Shown in pieces: positions 27,601-40,000 of a stretch of DNA of 64,000 bases. The notes under the pieces are model-generated. The model did not search any database. It was given only the letters and a program-made list of their open reading frames with translations, and was not told where the DNA came from. A program made the translations under genes and the position numbers. Position 1 is the stretch's first letter; the number at the start of each line of letters is the position of its first letter. The stretch is from a virus: the IMG/VR virus record IMGVR_UViG_3300005563_000030, positions 1-64,000 of that record. One strand, given 5' to 3'.

Positions 27601-28890
27601 GTTTATAGATGTAATTTCGTCCTGATTCTGAATAATGTCATTTAATATACTAATATCTTCTTTGAATTGGTCGCCTTTCTTTCTACTCTTAATAGTAGCA
27701 TTAAGTATAGCGATTTTATCCTTAATTCTGTCATATACATTCTCATAAGTAAGCTCAGTATCGGGCTTTTGATACATCGTAAGTATCTTAGCGTCCTGAA
27801 GCATTGCTCTAAGATCCGCCACATAGATGTCATCAACCACCATATTAGCGATGTCAGATAGCTTTGTATCTAGTGACATATTCTTAAAGTCAATATTAAT
27901 CTTTCTGAATAATGACTTTAACCAGTTTATGAATCTATTGAATGGTGACTGAGCCTTATTATACTTCTGTTCAGAAAGTTTACCAAGATAGTTAACTAAA
28001 GCTTCTTGTGCTCTCTCTTTTTCACCTAACTCTGAATAATTTGTGTCTGCCCAAGATATACTTTTTAAACCTTCCATGTCTGTAGATAACTGCTCCATAA
28101 GAGAGTTATACAAACTAGGATTTTGCTTTTCAAGTACAAGAATAAATGGGTGAATATATTCATGGAAAGCAGTATCTCCCTTAGCGTGAGCCAAGTTAAT
28201 AGTTACACCATTTCCATTAAACCATCCTCTATTTGGATTACTAGCATCGTTAATAATGCTGTAAGAAATATTAAACTTATTATAAAGTTTTTGTGCTATT
28301 GTTTGAAGCTTTCCAGGTACTTCAAATGGAGAGTTATCTCCTTTTTGGAGATAAATACTGTTACTTGCTTGAGAGAAGTCTCCTTGATTGTATAAGGACT
28401 TTACTTGATTCGGCTGCATTGCCACAATTTCAGAACCATCCATAAAAACGATCCCATCTTGATCTTCTCCAATCATTCTTCCGTTTTCAAGAAATGCTTG
28501 TTCTTCTTGTTCACTATTTATATTTTCTGGATTCTTTATGCTAAGAAATACAGGCATATTAACAGGCCCATTAAAGTTCATTGTCGCCTGTCTATCAGTA
28601 GAGAAATAAAGCCCCGGTCCATAAAAACCTAGTCCAGAAACTTTAAATTCATCAAAGTAGACATTTGTTCCATGATAGGCTAATCTAGGTTCTCCATTGC
28701 TGTCAGTTATTTTTGAATCTTTAAACCACTCTTTAAACTGAGGTGTATGAACTTGAGAATATTGTTCTAATGCTCTCTCCTTATCTTTTATAACTTTATT
28801 AATATCATCAAAAAGTATTGACTCCTTACCATTAGGAGCCAACACCTGTTGAATTTCACCATTATTATTTCTTACTACTTGACAGGCCAT
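24658..28890 (-). CDS. large virion cargo / polyvalent protein (1410 aa) with ADP-ribosyltransferase-like and zincin (HExxH) domains
   Basis: TPQFKEWF..SKITDSNGEP..YHGT...GLYFS (ART-PolyVal-like); FHEYIH at 28150-28164 with downstream QEALV; TM-like segment near the C-terminus. Confidence 0.75.
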   Translation of the reverse strand: MACQVVRNNNGEIQQVLAPNGKESILFDDINKVIKDKERALEQYSQVHTPQFKEWFKDSKITDSNGEPRLAYHGTNVYFDEFKVSGLGFYGPGLYFSTDRQATMNFNGPVNMPVFLSIKNPENINSEQEEQAFLENGRMIGEDQDGIVFMDGSEIVAMQPNQVKSLYNQGDFSQASNSIYLQKGDNSPFEVPGKLQTIAQKLYNKFNISYSIINDASNPNRGWFNGNGVTINLAHAKGDTAFHEYIHPFILVLEKQNPSLYNSLMEQLSTDMEGLKSISWADTNYSELGEKERAQEALVNYLGKLSEQKYNKAQSPFNRFINWLKSLFRKINIDFKNMSLDTKLSDIANMVVDDIYVADLRAMLQDAKILTMYQKPDTELTYENVYDRIKDKIAILNATIKSRKKGDQFKEDISILNDIIQNQDEITSINNFVSNSIHYIEQASTKFESLRASVKDAGKLTQSQITYNLNILGEIQQLLNVYSSLDDIKSLLLREGKDSTDDNFSKLRDAIDKKELIIEDFKSFALTYITEWLYPHLEYTNKNLEASGMTNMILTKEKFREQLVQALRDISAAGQWLGTTINSRDPVSAAIALALKDVVYDNHVKDLEIKKYLMDEYKKARGTALYKTSKDEEEFNKQFLKEVRVWEKVGVDEETGEDKYDYVKRLAFHQEYNTDEFEIAKKKFYDQLGPRPSDPQQLKSWKKAQGEWYSLNTVVNPHADEIIDHNRRTMSARQFEEWWLTNTKEVDNIEYGYGRNTMDYYGRRAIPGTYNAKKGTFRALSGELILPGEKYRNTKFGTLMRNPYYAKLYKTYQDANAALGSYALEHGIIPQVSKGGNAFSDLQWKDGVKENLKKLGKKVLKGIEAENEDDRTVQRQDKTEVKHIPVYYVRKLNNSDVKLDLLSTVLMYSQMANNYRGMTEIEPNVVVLKTVLNGDFNLGIEGRSIAKTNAKGNQIFNAITKKVVSKMTREDMLNARLNEFINDVVYGDSSFDQTINVLGQEISMDKLSGKVALVTAMQNMAANVNGGISNVAVGNFNNTIEAIGRRFYSMKDWGWAQVEYAKHLPSLVAEAAGGEDSFLNELADHYDVPQGEFKDHYGDNVSKGTFNKLMKTSSLFFLQKGGEHQIQTTAMMSLMHARKLTDSKTGKEVNLYEALKEAKGDQQVMAERYGWSAEDDKAFRNRLHALVKNLHGVYNSFDKAMLSRRWYGKLALMFRKYFFKAITSRYGAKYVDYELGTVEGGYWREFASKILADMKEYKFGVLQRMWTKEGYDEFQKAAINKTLYEMAVIIATFVLIGVASADDDDKSWLNSEMELQLTRFSADITQYINPADFIRVIRNPAASINMIEKWISWFTQLFHPFEEYQRASGFAKKGDKKLYIKTLKLLPVVRQFINLLTPEEQIKFYQLTGR

Positions 28891-28893
28891 ATT

Positions 28894-31017
28894 TTATTTT
28901 TTGCAACCATCTATATTTTTCATTGCTTCTTTCACATCGTCTTCAGTAACGTCCATACCACTCATATCTACATCATTTACATCGTAAGCCATTAGGTTTA
29001 GACCACCAAACATTCCACTACTCACTGTTTCAGTAGGAGTTTCTGTTGCTGTTGGTGTAGACGGAGTTATAGGAGCTGTTGGAGTTACTGGTACTGGAGC
29101 AGTAGGTGGAGAAGGTGGATTCTCTGGTGGAGTATTATCGTCTCTTCCAGCTTTTTTATTAACTTCTTCCATCATTTGTTCTCTTGTTAGACGTGTACCA
29201 AGATCAGCTACACCTGACATGTTTGAAGCACCAACACTTTCTATAGCATGGTAAACTCCAGTAATACCTCTAGGTATCATATCTCCTTCAGCAGTCATAG
29301 CTTCTCCATAATAGTCTTCATTACGTCCCTGAGCATTTTCTCTAGTTACCTTTACAAGCTTATAAGTTTGATAGGTAGCATCACCAGTTCCCGGTTGACG
29401 AACACGAACAAATTTCTTGAACTCTAAATGAGATTTATTCTCATCTATTTTCACATTATTTACGTTTGCTAATGCTAGATCGTCTATTGTTTCTTTAAAT
29501 TCTTTACTGCGTTCAGCAGAACCTTTTTCAGTACCCTTGAACTTATCTGTGAACATTGTGACAGTCATCTGTCGAATACCATTCTCATTAGCGAAAGTTA
29601 TACCTTTAGTACTTCTACTAGCCCCACCAGGTTTAACTTTTGTCTTTACAAATTGCAGATTATACTGATACTTGACATCTGTAGCATAAATTTGTTCAAA
29701 CCTATTATACAGTTGATTGTAAGTGAGACCAAAAACCTTTTCATATAATTTGTTTTTTACTCCATTCACATCCCTGTTTCTAACAAGATCATTGTATGCT
29801 TGACCTTCTGCGGCGGTGAAGTATGGTTTATAATTACCTTCTTTATCTACAATTCTCTGAGCATTTAGCTTCTTGAGAAATCTTGTAAATTCGCTCATTT
29901 GAGATAATGACAAAAGCTCAGATGCAATATCTGTAGCTTTGGACATATCCTCAAACATCATTGTAGGAATCATCTTAATATACGACTTGTTCTTAAACAT
30001 TAAGCCGTCTTTCACAATGAGATAATCGAACAGAGCTTTAGCATGATATTGAGTATGTGGATTCAAATATAGCTCAGTGAATGAGTCCATAAGAGAAGCC
30101 ATAACGTCAGGCTCAAGCTTACCACGAGTTTTACCTTCTATAGTGTTGATAAGGTCTTTATTATTAATATTTCTTACTTTCTTTTTACCAACCTTTGTAG
30201 TAGTGTTTACTGGAAGTATAAACTTCAAGAACATATTATTAGGAGCTAACCTAGCAGCGTTCTTAACAATATCCACAATTGTTTCAGCTCCACCATCATA
30301 GATAAGAGTATTACGTAATGTACTTGTTCTCTTATCATTTATTTCTACCCACTTCTTATAAGCAGCAATTTGAATAAATGCTGTGAAGTCATCCTTAATT
30401 TCTCTTAATTTTTCCGTAGTAAGGTTTTCTTTAAGATTAGCTACTACCTTATTTGAATTATCAACAAATGAAGGTGTTTGTTCCATGAACATCGTTCTAC
30501 TAAGATCGTTGACTTTGTTCATGATACTAATATTGTTAGCTGTAATCTTATGATAATATGGCTCGCTATTCTCGGTTCTATACTTAGCGTCACCTGTAAG
30601 AAGATAGCGAACGTCGAAAGGAATTGCAGACTCGTCAAATTTGTCTTCATCCATTCCAATACCAAGATCACTAAGATTCTTCATAACACCTTGCATCTGG
30701 TCAAAGTTCTTACCAAGACCTTTTGTAAGAGCTATAGCAGAACCCATCTTATAGAAGAACTGAGATTGGTCTTCCATAGCAATGAAGCTATCAAGCATCT
30801 CTTCTTGAAACACGCGAAGTTGATGGGGAGTGTAATTATTCTCCCCAAAAGCTACTTGACGTAATACATTAGCTAGTGTTTTAGTGCTACGCGAAGGCTC
30901 TCCCTGTTTGGGATTATTTGCTACGTTGTTATCCTTTGCATACTTAAGAGCTTCCTCTTTTGTATTAAAAGATACCCATTCTCCAGCACTATTTTTAACT
31001 TTATAAATACAAGCCAT
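28894..31017 (-). CDS. virion cargo protein (707 aa), probable C-terminal piece of the split virion RNA polymerase
   Basis: Directly follows the RNAP gene; helical QEEMLDSF...LFDYLIVKDG region recalls crAss RNAP C-termini (recognition from memory, unverified); Pro/Thr linker near the C-terminus. Confidence 0.6.
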   Translation of the reverse strand: MACIYKVKNSAGEWVSFNTKEEALKYAKDNNVANNPKQGEPSRSTKTLANVLRQVAFGENNYTPHQLRVFQEEMLDSFIAMEDQSQFFYKMGSAIALTKGLGKNFDQMQGVMKNLSDLGIGMDEDKFDESAIPFDVRYLLTGDAKYRTENSEPYYHKITANNISIMNKVNDLSRTMFMEQTPSFVDNSNKVVANLKENLTTEKLREIKDDFTAFIQIAAYKKWVEINDKRTSTLRNTLIYDGGAETIVDIVKNAARLAPNNMFLKFILPVNTTTKVGKKKVRNINNKDLINTIEGKTRGKLEPDVMASLMDSFTELYLNPHTQYHAKALFDYLIVKDGLMFKNKSYIKMIPTMMFEDMSKATDIASELLSLSQMSEFTRFLKKLNAQRIVDKEGNYKPYFTAAEGQAYNDLVRNRDVNGVKNKLYEKVFGLTYNQLYNRFEQIYATDVKYQYNLQFVKTKVKPGGASRSTKGITFANENGIRQMTVTMFTDKFKGTEKGSAERSKEFKETIDDLALANVNNVKIDENKSHLEFKKFVRVRQPGTGDATYQTYKLVKVTRENAQGRNEDYYGEAMTAEGDMIPRGITGVYHAIESVGASNMSGVADLGTRLTREQMMEEVNKKAGRDDNTPPENPPSPPTAPVPVTPTAPITPSTPTATETPTETVSSGMFGGLNLMAYDVNDVDMSGMDVTEDDVKEAMKNIDGCKK

Positions 31018-31021
31018 AAAG

Positions 31022-31029
31022 CAAATATA
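31022..31029 (-). promoter_or_regulatory. -7-like element between the two RNAP parts
   Basis: TATATTTG only 4 nt before the ATG, which would give a nearly leaderless mRNA. Confidence 0.4.
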
Positions 31030-31079
31030 CTAATTTAATTACATTATTTTAGGAATGTAAGCAAAACCGCTTAATTCGA

Positions 31080-34000
31080 TTAACATTCTACTTCTATGAT
31101 ACCATTAGATTCTAACATACTATATAAGTCATCATCAGACAAACTAGCGTAGTCTTTAATCTGAGCTGCTGTCTTAGCGATAGCTTCTTGTCTGAAAGCA
31201 TCTTTGTTAATATCCTCTTCTTCTTTAGTACGGATTGTATTCTGATTTACAGCTTTTAAATCCAGATAGTTCCTAATAGAAGGCTGATTGACAAAGTAAA
31301 TAGCTGTCTTTAAAGGAACCTTCAAAGATACTAGATAGTTCACTACTTTCAGAGCATCTACACCTAAGTTATAAAGGGCATTTAACTGCTCTTTAGCCTC
31401 ATCGGTAGCGGCTGTGATTAAGGTAGAGAGAACGTCATTTGTACGTTTACCCATATTAGGTCTTAATACATCCACTTCATTTTCTTTCACCCATCCATAC
31501 TCTCTATCTCCAGCAAAGCTATCAAATGTAACATCGTCAAATTTGAATGCTTGTTCAGGATCACGTAAAGATATTTCACCTTTATTAACACTTGAGTAAA
31601 TCAAGTTAGCGTTAACGTCAATACCAATGTTATTCTTACCAGTAGTGTTATTTTTAAAGCCGTTGTATTTGCCAATCATACTATCTACAGGATAGTTAAC
31701 TTTGGAACCAAATACAGAACCTATCTTTTTACCACTAGAGTCTTTTAGGGTAATATCATCGTTATCTTGAATATCAGCTAAAGCTGTTAAACTTGCAGGT
31801 GTTTTAGCAATGTCTCTCATACCTTCATTAGTCAATAATGCTGTATAAGAGTCTAAGATTTTGTTATTTAACACACCATTATTTAACTCTTTGGTTCTTG
31901 AGGCTTCTACAAACTCTTCTAAAGTACTAGGAAGTTTCAGTCTACCTAAAGCTTGAGCTACAAATCTGTCAAGGTATCTTTTCTTAACATCCATACCTAA
32001 CAGTTCTGCCGCTAAGTCTTCCGGATTTTGATTAGTTAAATATCCTTGATAATCTGTATCTTGTTCAGCTATATCAGCAACAATACCTTTTACAGCCTTG
32101 TTGTTTTTACCCATCCAGTCTTTATATTCAGCCCATTTTTCTTCACTTGTAGTGGCTGATCCATACTTTTTAAACTGAGTATTACCATTCTTATCCTTCT
32201 CCATATAGAAGTCATAACGAGTAATAAAGAGTTTATCTATATCAAAGTCAGCGCCAGACAGGGCAATAAGTTCTTTAGGGAACATACCTGTACTTCCTAA
32301 GTTTGCTGGTAAGAAGTCAACAAGTCTTAAGCTAATAAATGAGTGTTTATCCTGTGAAGGAATACGTACACCAAACATTTTAGCAATAGCTTCAGGAATA
32401 GGCTGATCTCTAGGAAGACCTAACAACTCCTTGAAGTGAGCTGGAAGCATAAACTCTGAGTAGTATTGACCTGTAGGTTTACCATTCTCATCATACTCTG
32501 AAACTTCGTGCTCCAGTTCGTGTTGGAATAATTGACCTACTTCAGTTACTTGCTCTTTAGTAACTACTCTCTCACTTTGAACACCATTATAGTTAGTGTC
32601 CCAATGTTCTCTTGTTACATAATCCCACTCTACTACTCTACCATCTACAACTCTCTTAGCTCTCTTCATCATTTTGGTATCAATACCTGAGAACAGAGCT
32701 ACTGTGTAACCCGGATTCTTCTGAGAAAGAATAGATTTAGAGAAATACGATAGGTATAACTGTTGAGACTTAGTTTTAACCGCAGATAAGTTAGCGTTAA
32801 ATCTAATATTTCCATTATCATCTAGGCTAAAGAAGTCTAATAACTGAGCGTCAGAACCAGATGATTCTAATGTAGACGCTACACGTTTGTAGAATGTAGC
32901 TAGTCTTGGTTGTACTTTACCTTCAGAGATAAGTTTATTAAGATCATCATTAAACTCAGTTATATCATATATTTCATTTAATGCTGCGTCAAAAGAGTTA
33001 CTTACTTTCTGAAGTACTGCATTCTGATATTCATCCTTAACTTGTCTAATTGTCTTTGTCACACCACTCATAACTACTTGTACATTATCTGACTGTTCAG
33101 AGTCAATCAATTGTAAAAGCTGAGTAGGGGTAGTGATTTCAAGCTTATTAGAAGGGTTCTCAGTCTGAAGACCAAAGTAGTTATTATCGTACAGGTGACC
33201 TTTTAAGTCAGAGAAATCAGCAGCTTTAGACACATCTAAAGTCATCATTTTAGAAGCAGATTCAGGAGCTGCAAAGTGTATACCATCAGCCTCCATCTTT
33301 CTTCTAAGAGTATCTAAAGTTTTCCAGTTAGGACGAGGTTTCCATTCACCTGTTTTAACATCCTTATAAGAAGTTAGGTCAGGTTGAAGAACAACTACCG
33401 ACATTTTGAAATAAGACTTACCATCTTTAAACACAAGTTTCAAAGAGTTAGTCATTTCATCCCAAGCTAAAATACCTTTTTCATCATCGAACACACCATC
33501 AAATCTTTTAACAATATCTTCACCTCTCTCGTTCTTAACTGTGTATTCTATGTTATGAATATCACCACCATCTTCCAGAACGTCTAAGAATTTAGCAAGA
33601 CGTGGAGATAATCTACCAAGTCCCCATAATGTATAACGAAGACCTTTCACAGTAGTATACATCTGAGCATCAGCTATCTTCGTACCATCTGCTGAAATAG
33701 GCTCTTTAAATATTGCTACTTTAGAGTGAGTAAATGCTTCAGTAATACCAAGTTCAGGTGCTAACAAATCAGTTCTAATAGATACAATAGCTGCGTTATC
33801 ACCTTTAGCACGTTTTACAGCATCAATACCACCATCATTCTTTAATGATAATGCTGGATCGCCATGCAATATCTGGTTGTAAGCTAGTGTATTAATATAG
33901 TCATTTAATAATACATGTCCAATATTTGTTTTGAAATGCTCATTTTTAGATACTGATTGAAGATTAAGATCAGCATCACCAACAACAAACTTTCTGTGAA

Positions 34001-37000
34001 GAAGTACATTGTTGTAGTCGCCATTCTGACCAACTTTGATAATACCTTCTTTAACCATCAGATTCATAGTATCATCTACCATCTTGTTGAGAGCGTTCTT
34101 CACTTCCTCTTTGATAGTAGCTTTATCTTCATCAGACAGAGCATCTCCATTACGTGCTTTTCTTTCAAGCAAGTTGGCTGTAGCTTTTGTTAATAAAGCA
34201 GTCATATTATCACTGAATTTCAAACCACGATAGCCTTTATTTACAGTAAAGCCATCTTCTTGGAATGAACCTGTGTGATAGTTTTCAACTATGTTATCTC
34301 TTAGTGTACCTATTTCACCTTGAACTCTTTGGATTCTATTGTACTCTTTTTCAACTTCACCCAGCATTATACCAAGTGTTTTCTCAGTAACAGTTCCTTC
34401 TCTATAAACGTCTAAGTTTATAGGCAGGTTTACTGTAGCTCCTGTTTTAGAAGCTTCAAGTACACGAATTAAGTGTGGAGTAGTTACAATATCTCCAGCA
34501 CCAGTCTTCTGTATCTTCTTATAAGAAACATAGAAGTTAAGGTTATTAATGAAGAACTCACGTGGAGAGTAGGAACCATAGGTTACACCTTCTTTTTGAT
34601 CTCTAAATTCTTGTGTAATTACTTGACCTTGTTTGTTTGTTTCAACTGCACGAAGACCGTCAATATTTTGATATTGTAGGTTATCAGCTACAGCTTCAAA
34701 GTCAGCAGAATTTAGAAGAAAATTTCGAGTAAGCCACTCAGCATCATAAGCATCCATAGCAGCACTAGCTTCTTCTCTATATCCTTGTTCTCTAAGTTGT
34801 CTTCTTGTATTAGCATCTCTTAATTGATATGAATATTTAACATTAAATGTACCATCTTGATGAGCAAATACAACTTTATTATCTGCTGTAGTAAATGATG
34901 ATTCTCCGACTGTTTCATCAAAGAACGCATTACCTTTAGCTACATTTAAGATACGTGTAACCATAGCTACATCAGCTCCTTCAGTTCCTTCTTCAGCAAC
35001 ATCTGGAACACCAGCTTCTTCGTCTTCTTCTTTAGTTCTTCTAAAGAATGGATTAGCATTAGTTGTCAAGGTCTTTGAAAGTTCATCCATGAAAGCTCTA
35101 TTTAGAGTGATTTCATCGGCGATTTTCATTACTTGAACATAATTATAGTTGCTCTTAGAGATGAAGATATTTTGAGGATCATCAAACTGTAACTCAGCTC
35201 CCTGAGCTTTGTATTGCTTGTTTAACTCATCAAATTTCTTAGCTCCTATACTAAGTAAAGAATACTTAACAAAGTCATGTGACATCTGAATGCCTATACT
35301 ACTAAGAATTGATCTTACTTCATTTACCCTCTGAGATAATTCCTCATCATTGATTCTTAAAGCTCTTCTTGGATCAAAGTAAGTGTTTCTTATTCTATCA
35401 ATTGCTCTACGAACAGTAGCTTGGTTCTCCTCACTCATTTCAGCATAACCATCAATGAAGTTATTAGACCATTTTTCAAACTGTACGTTCTCTACGTTTT
35501 TACGGTTAGCCGCATAAGAAACATATTGACCTTTTTTAGCATCGTAGTGTGTGAATACATAATCAATACGATATTTATTAAAACCTTTTTTAACCATCTC
35601 TAAAAGAGCTTGGTTTTTATTAGCTTCTATTCTATTCTCACCAAATAATACGTCTTCATTCAATCCTGTATCTTTGATGAATTTTTCAACAAAGTGACGA
35701 GATTGTTCATTATTGTCAGCAAAACGTATCATTCTCTGTAAGAATTTCACAGGATCATTAATATTTGCTGTAGCTCTTAATAATCCATAGTATACAGAAA
35801 TAGCGTCAATTGTAGCTATAACTGGTTTACCATTGGCTGTTTGAGTGTTTCCAAATCTGTCTGTTACTGGATAAGAAGTGAAGCCAATATAGTGACGCAG
35901 CATTCCCGGTAAGGATGAGAAACCACCAATGTTTTCAGTTTGGTTATCATATCCAGTTTTAGGAGAACCCGTATCTTGTTCTTCTTCTTCGAGACCGTTT
36001 TCAGCAAATTGCTCGAAGTAGTTCATTGAGTTAATGTACTTCTTAGCTGCATCCTTAATCACCTTTCTACTCTTCTCATCAGAATAAATAAAGTTCTCAT
36101 CAGAATTAGCTATAGCTGATAACTGTGCTTGACTAGCTCCAGCATATCTAATATTATTTGGATTATATGTTAGTTGAAGATCATTTAAGATTTCATCCAA
36201 TAATTTACTATCTGTTAATTTACTATATTCACCAGCCTTTCTGTACATTTCAAAATAAGCAGCTACATTCTGTATAACTTGTTTTGAAGTACGAGGATCA
36301 AGGTTTCTATTAATAATTCTTGTACCTGTTCCAACTGCTATCTGTGTAGGACGAGCTGGAATAAGCATGAATTTGAATTCCTGAGTTGTATTTTCGTCAG
36401 TAGTTTCTTGAGTGAAGGAGTTAGACGCAATATTAGAATACTTATATCCACCAGTGTTAATCTTGTTAAATACAGCATCCAATTGAGTACCGCTTCTTAA
36501 TAACCATTTGAAGAAACGTTCAATCATATCAAATAACTTCTGTAATGGACCAGCATTCTTTTTCTTATTGTTCCATTTACGAAACTCTTCAGCCATCCAT
36601 TCTTCAGCAGCCTTCTCTGTAGCTTGTTTTTCAGAAAGGTTAGTCCATTGACCATTAGCTTTCTGTTCTTTGATATGGTCTCTAATAGACTTTCCTTCTT
36701 TTTTCAATTGACTATACAATTGATCTGTAGCATATTTAAGAAGCTCTTGTTGCTCTTTAGCAGACATAAGTATATTAAATACTGCGTGGAAAGCTTCGTG
36801 ATATTCTTGACCAACTGCTGGAACTTGGCTGTTTAAATAGATTATACCATTTCTATAAGCACCCCATACATCAGTTTGTGGATTACCTACACCTTGTTGT
36901 TGTATTTGATTTATTACAGTTTCAAGGTCTTCAGTTTTGATAAATGAAGGCAGTACTGAAGATAAGTACATCTTAGCCTGCTCCATATCCATTAATTGAT

Positions 37001-40000
37001 TTAACTCTTTTACATTCTTATCAGAACGCATAAAGTCAAACTCAGCTCCGTTATTTGGTTGTTGCTGTTCTACTACTTTAAGTTTCATATCAGCAGCAAG
37101 TTCTTTGGGGCTCACTCCGGGAAGATCCATCATCTCACCAGTACTCATACTGAAGAATTGAACAGTATCTCCTTCTACGCGGTAATCAATACCTACTGAG
37201 TTCAAAGCATCTTTTACTGTAGGAAATGCAATTCCTTCCTGATCTTCTTGAGCTTGAGTAGAAGTCTCAGAAGTAACAGGAGCACCAGATTGATCTACTG
37301 GAACTGACGCAGTTTCAGCAAACATTCCACCTACTGCTGGCGTTGCACCAAATAAATCTTCAATAGGATTTACATTAGCATTAGTTACGTCTTCATAAAG
37401 TACCTGTCCATCAGCAGTACTAATTTTAGTAATACTATTAAAAGGCATCCAATGTTGTTCATCTGCACGGTCAAGTAACACTTGATTTTCTTGTTCATTC
37501 ACTCGAATAATTCTAAATGTACGACCATCTTGTGTATTTGCTGTAGTAGCATTACCACCAGTTAATGCTTGACCAACTCGTCTGTTTTTCTCCTGTTCTT
37601 CTGGAGTTATTGGTGCTTGAGTTGGCTGAGGCACTGGCTGACCTTGCTCTGTTCTCTCAGGAGCTGCTTGAGCTGTAGCTGCTCTATTTTCTTTGTTTGC
37701 AGCAGCCTGTATATTTTGTTCATTAGGAACAAATTTCATTGTTCCGTTTTTAAATACTTCAGGACCAGTTGCAGCAATTAATGAAGCGGCTAACGTATCA
37801 GCACTATCAACTTCAGCATCATCTAATACGCTCTGTTTAAAGTTGTTTTCTGCTATTGTAACACCAAGTTCTTTTAATACATCATCTTTCTCTTCTCTCT
37901 TTTTTACTTCCTTATTAATTGCTTCTACTAAGGCATCAAATGTGTTTATAGTAGCAAGCTTCTGTGGAGCAATAATCACACGACTTCTATAACCTGAAAC
38001 AGGTTCGTGAACGTCAAGACGTAATGCTCCAATAGGACTTAATGTAAGGTCATAAAACACCTTACCGTTTGGATCAGAGATAAACAGTTTATTATTTAAT
38101 TCTTCGTTATATTGTTTATTATAGTTTTTAGCTTCATCTGTAGGAAGTTTGTAATAGATTTCTCTATCCCCAATTAATAACTTCAGAGTAGACTCTTCTT
38201 TAGTAGACTCAATAAAGTTGGCATTAGCTGATTCTAAAGATCGTGCTTTTAATGAGTCAAGCATTTCATCTTTAGACTGTGTGGTCATCGTAGTTGGGTG
38301 AAGAGCTACTGGTTGAATAGTTCCATCTGGTTTCATAACCAGTCCAATATAACGACTATTTACATCTAGTAGTTTCTGGGCAGAAGAGGCTAGGTAGTCT
38401 AAAATCATTCTATCGTCAGCTCCCGGTGTTCTATAGAAATTAGCACCATATAAAGGAGTCATGAAGTCTGTTCTTTCTCTCACCATAGTATCTTCAACAA
38501 GACGTTTTGGTATAGAGATAATTACAGTAGTGTTGATAGGATTACCATTGGCTACAGGTAAAGAAACTGTATTATGCTTCACTTGACTATAGAAGCGAGG
38601 AGCTTGACCTCTTTCTAATAAGTCTAGTTCACCATATGTAATTACAGTGTCTACAAGTTCATTAAGTTCTTGTGGTGTAAGTGTGTATTCCTGAAGATTA
38701 TTATTTCTAAACTTCAGAGCTAAGTAATTTGTAAAAGCTACTTGTTTATTAAACTCATCTACGTCAGCCGCATGTTGAGCAGCAGGTTTACCTGTAAATT
38801 GTTGATACTGTTCAGGAGTAAGTCTGTCAATTGTAACAAAGTTATTTCCTACTTTGAATAGTAAGCGTTTAGGATAAGCAACCTTACCTATTTCTGCGCC
38901 ATTATGTGATACAGACAAGTCAATAGGAGCCCTTGACGCATACATTCCGGGGAATCCAGGTATTTGTGTGAATGATTGATCTGCTTGTTGTCTATTATAA
39001 GCCTCTTGATAATTTGGAGCAAGAGGTCTCACGGTAACACTAAGATTTTGTACTACTTGGTCTTTATTACCAGAGAATATAGCATCATTAAATGTACCTT
39101 TAAGGTCAGGAGCGACCCATACTTTACCCATAAAGTCACTGGTTCTAAACTCACTCTGTTCATTTACAGGTGGTGGAGTATTAGGTGTAACTGGTGGACC
39201 ACCAGCTTGGTTATCTGGTTGTTCTGGAGTATTTGGACTAGGTGTTTTCTGATTAGAAGTAGAGCCGACGCCTTCTAAGAAAGTCTTAGCTTGGTCAACT
39301 ACAGTATTAGGAACATAGAATTTCTTACCAGAAAGAGAAGTAACCATTGCATAGTCTTTTAAGTCTATGTTTGGATCTTCTAATTTTAGTTCGTCTATAG
39401 TTTGAAATCCTAATACTTGTAAACTGTCATCATCAAGTTTTGATTTACCTTCGATGGCAGCCATGAAATATCCTACTAGTCTAGCTCTTTCACTATCATC
39501 TTCAACAGGTTTATTTTCAACAAATCCTTCCTGTCCTTGTTGAACTGTTGGAGCTTGTGTTGCAGGATTTTGTTGTGTGTTTGTATTATTAGCTTGAGGC
39601 TGATTTGTTGTTTGTTGACCAGCATTTGCTTGTGAAGTATTGAAAGCAGCTTGTTGTTGAGCAGCTTGACCTTGTGTTTGGTCAGGAGCTAACTGAACAG
39701 GAGTTTCAATAGCTTCTTTTCTAGCTTTCTCAATAGCTTCAAATTGTTCTTTAAACCCACCTTTTGTAGTAAGACGAGCATATCTATCAATAGCTACGTT
39801 GTTTCTCATACCTAACTGCCAAATATCTTTAGCATATCCTTTCAATTCAGATACAAGATCAGGATGCATTAATTGATCTATGGTGATAGTGTCATCACCC
39901 ATATTCTTATAGAATGCTAATTTGTTTCTTCCTATTTCTGAATAGAAGTTAGCAACAAGCATATGGTATTTAGCATTTTGAAGCTTTTCATCCTTCTCAT

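Noticed and set aside
28888-28896. In-frame TAA-AAT-ATG junction that could fuse the 707-aa and 1410-aa proteins by readthrough
   Set aside because: TAA is the dominant stop here and is rarely read through. The 1410-aa ORF has its own MAC start like its neighbour.
29030-29135. Pro/Thr-rich low-complexity stretches (also about 39170-39250 and 39540-39680) as DNA repeats
   Set aside because: These are coding linkers without exact tandem nucleotide periodicity.
31018-31079. Intron or frameshift joining the two RNAP parts
   Set aside because: The gap is only 62 bp, AT-rich, with no group I/II structure or evident slippery site. The ORFs are in different frames and the second has a normal ATG.
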